A stretch of 57,197 nt of DNA from a virus (Duplodnaviria; Caudoviricetes), in IMG/VR virus record IMGVR_UViG_3300025759_000110, positions 1 to 57,197 of that record. One strand, 5' to 3'. The translations under genes were made by a program, and so were the position numbers. The notes beneath the pieces were generated by a model. The model saw nothing but the letters and a program-made list of their open reading frames with translations. It had not been told where the DNA came from and did not search any database. Below, piece by piece: positions 16,552 through 23,818 of this stretch (position 1 is its first letter; every line of letters starts with the position of its first letter).

Positions 16552-17031
16552 CTATGCGATGTTATGCGATCCTATGGGACTAATCAAGTCAAAAATTACA
16601 TTCCAGTCTGGATCACCCTCACACTCGAATAAAGGCTCAACGTCTAAACCCTCCAGCTTCAAATCCATTGCTGCGTTTGCAGGATACAAAAATACTTTTT
16701 GCGGCATCTTTTTGGTTTTCTTTTTCAGGACCAAAACCCACGCACTGGCATGAGCATGGTTAGAAAGCCACGCGACTTGGTGCGGACGCAGATCGACTGC
16801 ACGACCACCTGTCGCTTTCAATTCTACAAAGTGAAAGTCGCCTTCTTCGTCACACAACAAAACATCAGGAACCCCGGGCATCGCCCACGTTTCAAGCCTA
16901 GTTGGGATGATCTTCCTCGTAGTCTTCTCCAGCCCCGTCTTCATCATTCGCCAGAAGTCTGACTCTCGCTTTGTCGCGGTTGCTGGAATTTGTCTGTCCT
17001 TCGGGAGTAACGTCGATAGTGATCGGGGCAT
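16552..17031 (-). CDS. PD-(D/E)XK nuclease (VRR-NUC / Holliday junction resolvase-like)
   Basis: ESDFW...RLE...GVPD...FVELK...LRPHQVAW. Confidence 0.8.
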   Translation of the reverse strand: MPRSLSTLLPKDRQIPATATKRESDFWRMMKTGLEKTTRKIIPTRLETWAMPGVPDVLLCDEEGDFHFVELKATGGRAVDLRPHQVAWLSNHAHASAWVLVLKKKTKKMPQKVFLYPANAAMDLKLEGLDVEPLFECEGDPDWNVIFDLISPIGSHNIA

Positions 17032-17536
17032 AGCTCTGCTTTATTTCCTCAAGCGCCTTTAGCACGTCATCTTTGCTCATGCTGTCGATACTGCCGTGGC
17101 GGATTTCTGACTTACTTACATAGATGTCGCCCTGCGCTTGCCCCCGTCGATACTCAGCTTGGACGGCTGCTGAGTATGCGCCGTTTTGCAATGCCATATC
17201 ACGGATGGTTTGCAAATCTCTTAAATGGCGTTGGTACGTCACGCCAAACTTTTCATCCAGCTCTGCTCTGTACGCTTGGATTGCGTTCACAACATGCGGA
17301 CTAATGTGTGGGTTGGTTAGCTCATACGCCCGAGTGTGAGCAGATGAGGCAGGATAACCAGCGTTGATTGCTGCTTCCCGCATTGTAATCTGTCCGTCCT
17401 TAGAAACCAATTCTTTTACAAACAGTTCCTGCTTTCGGGTCAGTGGTTGTGCCTTCGTTGCTCTGGGTCGCCCTGCTTTTCTTTTCTGTACAACAGGTGT
17501 GGATTTGGCGACATCCCCTTGTTTTCTTCGAGCCAC
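16898..17536 (-). CDS. terS: Terminase small subunit-like protein
   Basis: LTRKQELFVKE...AAINAGY...AYEL..PHI HTH typical of TerS; AAVQAEYRRG helix. Confidence 0.7.
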   Translation of the reverse strand: MARRKQGDVAKSTPVVQKRKAGRPRATKAQPLTRKQELFVKELVSKDGQITMREAAINAGYPASSAHTRAYELTNPHISPHVVNAIQAYRAELDEKFGVTYQRHLRDLQTIRDMALQNGAYSAAVQAEYRRGQAQGDIYVSKSEIRHGSIDSMSKDDVLKALEEIKQSYAPITIDVTPEGQTNSSNRDKARVRLLANDEDGAGEDYEEDHPN

Positions 17537-17559
17537 TTTATTCTCCAGTTAATAAGCGG

Positions 17560-17830
17560 TAGTTTCCTTAAATTAACCCTTCTTTATATATATAGCCAGA
17601 AATATTTTTTTTATTTTTTTTTCGTCAGACCCCCCTTAACGCACTTCTGCCCTTTCTTGGTTACATAAATTTTGGTTACGTTACACTTTTGTTTTTCTAT
17701 TTATGAAACTTGTAAGTCTATATATATAAAAGACTTTTTGCTGAAAGTTACACGGTTACACCGGTTACGGGCATTTTCACTTTAAAATATTTTTTCTATT
17801 TTCAGCTCTATATATAAAGGGAGACGTTTA
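17560..17830. other. AT-rich non-coding region with GTTAC repeats (candidate replication origin or packaging site)
   Basis: Six GTTAC copies (17660-17768), three (TA)n tracts, poly-T runs and imperfect inverted repeats. Confidence 0.5.
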
Positions 17831-17880
17831 ATTTGTTCCCCGAGCCGCGGTCCGTGGGTCGTGATCCGCGATACATCCAC

Positions 17881-18018
17881 CTAGAACGGCGGCTCTTGCC
17901 CATCGTACTGTGGGGTCCACGGCACGTGGTCCGCGGGCTTTGAGGGGGGGATGGGGTTTTGTGGTTTACGGACCCCGATCTTGTCGAGGTCCGCTTCTAT
18001 GTGTGGAGGGAGGGTCAA
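17881..18018 (-). CDS. Small Pro-rich protein ending QEPPF (not in ORF track)
   Basis: 45 aa; TTG start overlaps the upstream TGA. Confidence 0.45.
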   Translation of the reverse strand: MTLPPHIEADLDKIGVRKPQNPIPPSKPADHVPWTPQYDGQEPPF

Positions 18019-18386
18019 TTCATTTTCTTTCTTTTACGACGTTGTATTCCGCCGTCGTCATCGAAGAAACCATCATCAATCTTATTTAGCATATCGCGGG
18101 CTACGTCTCTAAGTTCGTCTCCTGTTTCTGCCATTTCGATGTTTTCTTGCCAAATAGCTTTGGTTTGTAATTCTTTGAGCAGATCGCCCATTGAAGCATG
18201 AATTTGCTCGACCATGGAATGTTGGAACTCGTATGAGTTACTTTCGAACTCTGGGTCGAAGTCGAACCTGACAGTTAGGAAAGGTTCTCCGTCTTCCATG
18301 TTTATTGACGTGTGGATTTTCATTGTTTCCCGAAAAGGTTTTGTGATGTTTGTTGCTTCGGGGAATAGGGTGGTTTGTTCAGTCAT
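18015..18386 (-). CDS. Hypothetical protein
   Basis: Likely start MTEQTT after GGAG. Confidence 0.65.
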   Translation of the reverse strand: MTEQTTLFPEATNITKPFRETMKIHTSINMEDGEPFLTVRFDFDPEFESNSYEFQHSMVEQIHASMGDLLKELQTKAIWQENIEMAETGDELRDVARDMLNKIDDGFFDDDGGIQRRKRKKMN

Positions 18387-18444
18387 TTTATTACTCCATT
18401 GTTTAGACATTTATTATACGGATCGTCTCACCTTCACCAAGAGT

Positions 18445-18696
18445 TTATTCTTCGTCGTCATCGTCTATGTCCCATAGCTCGGCCTGTTCTGGTTCGAGGG
18501 CCGGTTTTTCTGTGACGGCAAGGATGTACGTTGTATTGAAGAGGACGGCGACATCGTCTTCGAGTTGGATTCGTAGTCCGTGCATTTGGTCCCATTCCCA
18601 GTGTACGACGTTATTGTAGAGTACGGTTGGGTTTGGTGATTGTGCTGACGGAGCGAAGGTGACGGTTATGTCGAGCAGTTTATCTTCAGTCATCAC
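18445..18696 (-). CDS. Hypothetical protein
   Basis: 83 aa, GGAGG RBS, acidic tail. Confidence 0.65.
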   Translation of the reverse strand: MMTEDKLLDITVTFAPSAQSPNPTVLYNNVVHWEWDQMHGLRIQLEDDVAVLFNTTYILAVTEKPALEPEQAELWDIDDDDEE

Positions 18697-19093
18697 TCAA
18701 CCTCCAACTGTCTATGTCAACCAGACCCTTTGTTGCATCACGAATAGATTTAGCGTGTAAGACGTTTGGTATGGTTTCCCCTTTCATGTAACGGCTGATT
18801 GTGGGCTGCGATATTTTAGTCAATTCGCTCATTTTTCTTTGAGTAATCTTATGCGCTTTCATGTATGCATCTAAAGTCCATTTAGCGTTTATGTCTTCAG
18901 GCAGTGCAAATGGGTTTTTAAAGGTCGCTGGGGTTTTCTTAACGATATACTCCTGCTTTCTCGGCACACTTATTTTTCCTGTCTTTGGTTTTGCTGTCAG
19001 CATTTGTTGTTGCAACGATATCATTTGACGTTGCGCTTCCATCACATTCTTCTGACATTCGATCACATACCTTAAATCATTTTCTGTCGTCAT
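18686..19093 (-). CDS. XRE/Cro-like HTH protein
   Basis: LDAYMKAHKITQRKMSELTKISQPTISRYMKGETIP...IRDATKGLV. Confidence 0.8.
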   Translation of the reverse strand: MTTENDLRYVIECQKNVMEAQRQMISLQQQMLTAKPKTGKISVPRKQEYIVKKTPATFKNPFALPEDINAKWTLDAYMKAHKITQRKMSELTKISQPTISRYMKGETIPNVLHAKSIRDATKGLVDIDSWRLSDD

Positions 19094-19440
19094 TTGTTTT
19101 CCTCATATTGTTCCGCGAGGCTTTCGCCTATGTTTTTTGCGGTTTCTTCATCGACGAAGGTTGCTCTGGTCATTGGCTTGGTGCGGAAGAACCCTTTGTA
19201 CTGCGGGTTGTAGTGCATGAATAGCCGAGCGTAGAGCGCGATGAAGTCGTTAGAAATTTTGTAGTCGTCTCCGGTGGTGACGATCATTGTCTCCCACCGG
19301 ATGCGATTTACGATTAGCCAAGCTGACAAGCGTGTATGTCCACGTTCGATAGCTTGGAAGGTGAAGCGTTCGAAGAGTTTGTAGAACTCTGGATTTTGTT
19401 TATGCCACGCCCACCATCTTTCTTTCAGGTCTTGCTTCAT
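19090..19440 (-). CDS. Conserved phage hypothetical protein
   Basis: NPEFYKLFERF...NRIRWET...YKISNDFIALYAR. Confidence 0.75.
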   Translation of the reverse strand: MKQDLKERWWAWHKQNPEFYKLFERFTFQAIERGHTRLSAWLIVNRIRWETMIVTTGDDYKISNDFIALYARLFMHYNPQYKGFFRTKPMTRATFVDEETAKNIGESLAEQYEENK

Positions 19441-19913
19441 GTGAATAGCATGACAGCTATACCAGCTAACAAGGCTCCTACTATGGCTTGAGCTATATAG
19501 CGTTTTGTTTTGGAAGGCTCCTCGACAGGCTCGAAATCATAAAGGTCGTTAGCACCTTCGTTATAACGTGCGGCATCATCTGGCTGCAAAGCTTCTTTGC
19601 CAAACAAGGCATTGAGCCCCGGTTCGAGTTCCGTGGCGAGTTCTTTTGCGGTAACGGGCGCTTGTTTTAGCTTCTTGGTGCTTTCCTTCAAATCCTTGAC
19701 GGGCTGCTTGAGCCATTCGGGGTCGTTGCCTTTGAGGAGCCAACCCATGACTTCGCCACGTTCCCAACGGTTAACCTTGTTTGGTCCCTGCTTGTTGGTC
19801 GATTTGACTTTCTTGGGTTTTGGAAAGGTGCCGTTCTTTACGCGACGGTAAACTGTCGGTTTAGATATTTTAGCTATTTTGCATACTTCGTTGATGTCGA
19901 TTAAATCTTTCAT
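19437..19913 (-). CDS. AlpA/excisionase-like HTH protein with capsid-like peptide and C-terminal TM helix
   Basis: LIDINEVCKIAKISKPTVYRRVKNGTFPKP...RW..GEV..W; internal ELEPGLNALFG; terminal IAQAIVGALLAGIAVMLFT. Confidence 0.8.
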   Translation of the reverse strand: MKDLIDINEVCKIAKISKPTVYRRVKNGTFPKPKKVKSTNKQGPNKVNRWERGEVMGWLLKGNDPEWLKQPVKDLKESTKKLKQAPVTAKELATELEPGLNALFGKEALQPDDAARYNEGANDLYDFEPVEEPSKTKRYIAQAIVGALLAGIAVMLFT

Positions 19914-19936
19914 GTGTATCTCCATAGTTGTAACAC

Positions 19937-19972
19937 TATGAGATCATATGCGAGGCTATGCGATGTTGTCAA
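19937..19972 (-). promoter_or_regulatory. sigma70-type promoter with three phased operator boxes
   Basis: TTGACA-N18-TATGAT; TCGCATA-GCC-TCGCATA-TGA-TCTCATA. Confidence 0.75.
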
Positions 19973-20256
19973 TGGATTTCGTCATTGCCCGGATGGGAGA
20001 CGACTGTCGTATCGATACTGAATGCAGCGTTAGTGATGCAAGATGAGAGCATACCCATTGCGGTTGGTGTATCGGGAGATATGGCAATGAGGTGCGTTAT
20101 GATTGTTGTGAGTGCCCCGCCGAGGGCGGGAGCTGTCTGCAATCCCATAGCTTCAAACTCTTGCAGCAGTTCTGTGGTGCAGTCTACTGCGCAGACGAAA
20201 TCTTCTTTAGCTTGTTCAGCCTGTAAGGATGCGCTGCCACGCTTTTTCGAGTTCAT
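19969..20256 (-). CDS. Hypothetical protein
   Basis: 95-aa ORF within an operon. Confidence 0.55.
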   Translation of the reverse strand: MNSKKRGSASLQAEQAKEDFVCAVDCTTELLQEFEAMGLQTAPALGGALTTIITHLIAISPDTPTAMGMLSSCITNAAFSIDTTVVSHPGNDEIH

Positions 20257-20392
20257 ATACTTTCAACTTTTTTACCTCTGGTTCCAAGGTAGCATCTTTT
20301 TCTACAGCCGTCATTTGTTCATTAACGGCGGCGTTTACTTGACGCACTGCCCAGCCCCAGTCAATTTCGTTCACTCGCTTTTCGGCTTCCAT
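20216..20392 (-). CDS. Hypothetical protein
   Basis: Likely start MEAEKR after GGAGG. Confidence 0.6.
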   Translation of the reverse strand: MEAEKRVNEIDWGWAVRQVNAAVNEQMTAVEKDATLEPEVKKLKVYELEKAWQRILTG

Positions 20393-20586
20393 GTATCTAC
20401 CTCCGCATACCATTTGCCGTTACGGCTTTCACAAACTTGTACGTTAATCCACTCGTCTGTCTGACCCGTGAGCCACGAGGCGAGGTCTTCTCTTTTAATA
20501 CTGAGATTACATTTTATCCAGTCGGGAGCGTTGTCGCGTGGTTTTTTAGCCATGAGGCCATCGACGAAGACTTTTTGATTTTCCAT
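20371..20586 (-). CDS. Conserved phage hypothetical protein
   Basis: 71 aa, AAGGAG RBS, NAPDWIK...KWYAEVDTWKP. Confidence 0.75.
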   Translation of the reverse strand: MENQKVFVDGLMAKKPRDNAPDWIKCNLSIKREDLASWLTGQTDEWINVQVCESRNGKWYAEVDTWKPKSE

Positions 20587-20601
20587 GATTTACTCCTTTG
20601 G

Positions 20602-20682
20602 AAAGAAATGCCCCCAGCCGGGGGCAACCGAACTGGGGGCGATGTCTCTACTACGGAGCGTGGCTTCAAGACCCGAGCCACG
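20602..20682 (-). ncRNA. Putative ~80-nt small RNA antisense to early-gene leaders
   Basis: Promoter TTGATT-N17-TAAAGT (20717-20689), 5' hairpin, unpaired CUCCGUAGUAGAGACAUC, 3' GC hairpin with UUGCCC loop and a U-rich tail. Confidence 0.6.
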
Positions 20683-20720
20683 AGAGAGACTTTACCCCAC
20701 ATATATGCGATAATCAACAC

Positions 20721-20912
20721 TTATTCGCATAGATCGGGTGGAATTTCTGCATTTTCCGCAGAATCTTGGATCACGAGCTTACATGTATTGCACTGCCGTG
20801 TAATCCTTTCTTTATTCATTTCAATGACTTGCAAGTATTGGTCGCATTTCGGGCAATGATTTTTCATCAGACGCTTGTGGACTTCACCCGCGTCGCTGTT
20901 CCAATCGCTCAT
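20721..20912 (-). CDS. Zinc-ribbon protein
   Basis: CPKC...CNTC. Confidence 0.65.
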   Translation of the reverse strand: MSDWNSDAGEVHKRLMKNHCPKCDQYLQVIEMNKERITRQCNTCKLVIQDSAENAEIPPDLCE

Positions 20913-21063
20913 CGGTTACTGCCATGTTGTTGTTAGCTTTGTACTCATCGAAGACAAGGCGAAGCTGCCCACCGATGGTACGCCCTTCAGCTTTAGATAG
21001 TTCTTTGATCTCTTCATACACTTCTCGCGGTACGAGGATACTTTTCCAACGTGTTGTGTCCAT
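20884..21063 (-). CDS. Ribbon-helix-helix-like DNA-binding protein (not in ORF track)
   Basis: 59 aa MDTTRWKSILVPREVYEEIKELSKAEGRTIGGQLRLVF; GGAG RBS; upstream TTGCAA-N17-TAATAT. Confidence 0.7.
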   Translation of the reverse strand: MDTTRWKSILVPREVYEEIKELSKAEGRTIGGQLRLVFDEYKANNNMAVTDERLEQRRG

Positions 21064-21351
21064 AAACTCTTTCTCCAGTTGCCCGGCATGTCTACGATAT
21101 TATAAGATGATATACAAGATTGCAAGAAAAACGGGTGTTTCAATGAGCTATGTACTCTTCGGACAGATGTCTGATCCAAACATTGCCGCGGTCCGCGAAT
21201 ACTTTGATCGTATTGTTGAGGGTGCGATTGGTCGTGCGATTCGGGACAAGTTAGCGCCACCCTAGCGCCACCCGTAAGTCATTGGAAATAAAATCGGAAT
21301 AGTTCTTAGCCGATATAAATGAGGGCAAGTTAGCGCCACCCTCATTTTCCC

Positions 21352-21377
21352 AAAGAAAAGCCCCGCCGAAGCGGGGC
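21352..21377 (-). terminator. Intrinsic terminator after the DNA polymerase gene
   Basis: GCCCCGC-TTCG-GCGGGGC followed by TTTTCTTT. Confidence 0.85.
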
Positions 21378-21427
21378 CAGTTGTTGAGGTCAGGCCACAG
21401 GCGTAGCCGACGAGCAGTATGGAGTTG

Positions 21428-23326
21428 CTATTTCGCTTCGCCCCATGAGGGACCGATTTCCACGTCACACTTTGACGGTACTTCAAGCGGAACAGCGTTA
21501 ACCATAATTTGCGCTATTTCGTTTGCTTCGTCAACATTTTTAACCGACATAGCAATTTCGTCGTGGATTTGGATCATGGGTAAACGCCCAGTCTTGTAGA
21601 TATCCACCATTGCTTTCTTGGTCATGTCGGCTGCGGATGCTTGGATCAAGCGGTTTAGAGCCTTGTAAGTGTAGGCCCGCTTTAATCGCGTGGTCGCGCC
21701 GTAGGTATCGATAGCTTCTTTGTAAGGCAAGGCTTTGTTCATCTCAAACGTGTCCGGCTCCCACAGGTCAAAGCGGCACTTACGCCCAAGGATAGAGCGC
21801 AGCGATCCGCCAGACGATTTGTCGTTTAGCCTGTTGGTTACGCCGTTCATCAGACCTTTCACAAACGGAACGCGTGTGTGGTACTGCTTAACAATCGCTT
21901 TGGCTTCTTCGACGCTGATGTCTAGCTGGTCGGACAGCTTGTTTACGCCCATGCCGTACATCATGCCAAGGTTAATTGTCTTGGCCTGCTTACGCGGGAT
22001 GTTCGCCATCTCTGCAACCATGGTATGGAAATCCGTACTCGGGTCGTTGTTGTATGCTTCTACAAACTCTGCCGCGCCCTCCAATGGTAGGTTGCGCATT
22101 TTGCCATAGACGTGTGCGTAGTGGGTCAGGATGCGTGGTTCCTGTTGCGAGAAGTCAATGGCTGCCCACTGGTCGCCCTCTTCTGGCAGGAACAAACTGC
22201 GGATCAAGGGACCAAGCTCTGGGTCGCGGGCCGGGATTTGTTGCAGGTTGGGGTTGGACATTGAGAACCGCCCACTGACCGTGCCGCCATCATCTGACCT
22301 GATTTGGTTGATGTGTGCGTGGATGCGCCCGTCACTGTGGCAATGCTTCATGATGCTGTTGATGAACGTGCCTGACGTTTTATTCAGGTTCCGCGCTTCG
22401 ACAACCAGCTTTGCGAGCGGGTGTTCGTTCTCTTGTAAGAACGCTTTAGTGAATGACGGTGCGCCTTTCTCTGTCTTTGGATAGACTATGCCGACACTGT
22501 CGAATGCTTTGGCAAGCGATTGCGCTGCCCAGATTTCTACGTCACTACCTGCAATGTGTTTGATCTGCGCGTGTGCTTCTTTCTCGCGCTTGAGCAGACC
22601 GTCACGGACGCGCTCTACTTTGTCCAAGTCTACGCGAACGCCACGCATGGTCATGTCTACCAGACAAGGCAGTAGGTCCAGTTCGAGGTTTGCGATAGGC
22701 CACAGCTCTTCCTTGCCAAGCTGCACAGAAAAGTACGACCAAAGCTCAAGGGTTAACTCTGCATCAGCCTGTGCGTAAGGGCCGACATACATGGCGGGCA
22801 TCTTCCACATCTCGGCCTTTGGGTCGATTCCAAACTCACGCGCGGCTTCGACAAGGGCTTTCTCTGATTTGGTTTTGTTTAGGTGGTCATAACAAAGCGC
22901 ATTCAGGCTGTAGCTGAAACGGTTTTCGTCCAGCAACGAGGCGACGACCATTGTATCGATGATGCGTCCGTTAACCTCAAACCCTTCTGCTTTGATCCAG
23001 CCCAAGTCATACTGGGCGTTGTGCATGATCTTGTCTGCGGGACACTCGAATACTTTCTTCAGCCACCGCCGCACAATCTTTTCGTCTAGGTTACCACCGC
23101 CGAGGTGTTTGACAGGCAGGTAGCCTGCCCAGTCATCCACGGCGATAGCATAGCCCACGATGTATCCATCTTTGGTGGGCCAGCCCGGTCCGTTCTGCTT
23201 TAGGTTTGGGTCCTTGGTTTCTACGTCAATTGCAATGCGCTTGGCTGACGTTATATCAGGTAGTTCTAATGGAGGCACCCATTCACTTTTTGGAGCGAAC
23301 ATTGCCATTTGTAGTCCTCGTGCCAT
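21428..23326 (-). CDS. polA: DNA polymerase family A (3'-5' exonuclease + polymerase), Leu762 type
   Basis: ExoI IDVET, ExoII HNAQYD, motif A DFSQQEPR, motif B RKQAKTINLGMMYG, motif C QIHDE. Confidence 0.95.
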   Translation of the reverse strand: MARGLQMAMFAPKSEWVPPLELPDITSAKRIAIDVETKDPNLKQNGPGWPTKDGYIVGYAIAVDDWAGYLPVKHLGGGNLDEKIVRRWLKKVFECPADKIMHNAQYDLGWIKAEGFEVNGRIIDTMVVASLLDENRFSYSLNALCYDHLNKTKSEKALVEAAREFGIDPKAEMWKMPAMYVGPYAQADAELTLELWSYFSVQLGKEELWPIANLELDLLPCLVDMTMRGVRVDLDKVERVRDGLLKREKEAHAQIKHIAGSDVEIWAAQSLAKAFDSVGIVYPKTEKGAPSFTKAFLQENEHPLAKLVVEARNLNKTSGTFINSIMKHCHSDGRIHAHINQIRSDDGGTVSGRFSMSNPNLQQIPARDPELGPLIRSLFLPEEGDQWAAIDFSQQEPRILTHYAHVYGKMRNLPLEGAAEFVEAYNNDPSTDFHTMVAEMANIPRKQAKTINLGMMYGMGVNKLSDQLDISVEEAKAIVKQYHTRVPFVKGLMNGVTNRLNDKSSGGSLRSILGRKCRFDLWEPDTFEMNKALPYKEAIDTYGATTRLKRAYTYKALNRLIQASAADMTKKAMVDIYKTGRLPMIQIHDEIAMSVKNVDEANEIAQIMVNAVPLEVPSKCDVEIGPSWGEAK

Positions 23327-23645
23327 TCCGAGCATCCTCTATGATTTGTTCGGTACTACGGTTTTGTAATGCTACAAATTCTGCTCCGAGTGCCGTGTAT
23401 CCTGCCTTATCAACCCATGAGTCTTCATGGTTGATTGTTTCTAGCAGACGACTTGTCTTTACCCAATCCATCATTAGGGCCACGTGGGCCGGGGTTAGGT
23501 AGCCGGGGTCGTTGAGTGCCCCGCGTAGGATGATGTTCCAGCCTTCTGCTATGCGACCATGGTTGTCGTATGCGTCACCATAGTCTTTTGCGCGGTCGCC
23601 GCTGATGAGATTACCTGCGGCGTCCAACAGTTCTTGTCTATTCAT
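23283..23645 (-). CDS. DUF6378-like protein
   Basis: GDRAKDYG...W...VALMM..VK.SR...HEDSWVDKAGY. Confidence 0.75.
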   Translation of the reverse strand: MNRQELLDAAGNLISGDRAKDYGDAYDNHGRIAEGWNIILRGALNDPGYLTPAHVALMMDWVKTSRLLETINHEDSWVDKAGYTALGAEFVALQNRSTEQIIEDARNGTRTTNGNVRSKK

Positions 23646-23818
23646 TAGTGTACCTTCCCTTCATATCCAGTCAGAACGAACTTCTGAAGCTCATGGTCCC
23701 ACGTAAAGTGAACAGCGGGGATGTCTTCATCCTTTGTGTTTGGATGTACCTGTTGTTTGATTTCGTCCTGCGTCATTAATTTGTATTCATCGTAGGTGAT
23801 CTTCTTCATCTTCGTCAT
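23645..23818 (-). CDS. Small hypothetical protein (not in ORF track)
   Basis: 57 aa MTKMKKITYDEY...GYEGKVH, translationally coupled. Confidence 0.5.
   Translation of the reverse strand: MTKMKKITYDEYKLMTQDEIKQQVHPNTKDEDIPAVHFTWDHELQKFVLTGYEGKVH

Noticed and set aside
17605-17955. Homopolymer runs (poly-T, G7) as phase-variation sites
   Set aside because: Mostly non-coding or within a tiny uncertain ORF; no frameshifted gene pair to support slippage.
19437-19913. AlpA-like gene as evidence of an integrating prophage or satellite
   Set aside because: No integrase, att-like repeat or host flanking genes were seen.
23283-23645. DUF6378-like gene as part of a DNA base-modification system
   Set aside because: No accompanying purZ, queuosine-pathway, methyltransferase or glycosyltransferase genes were recognised.
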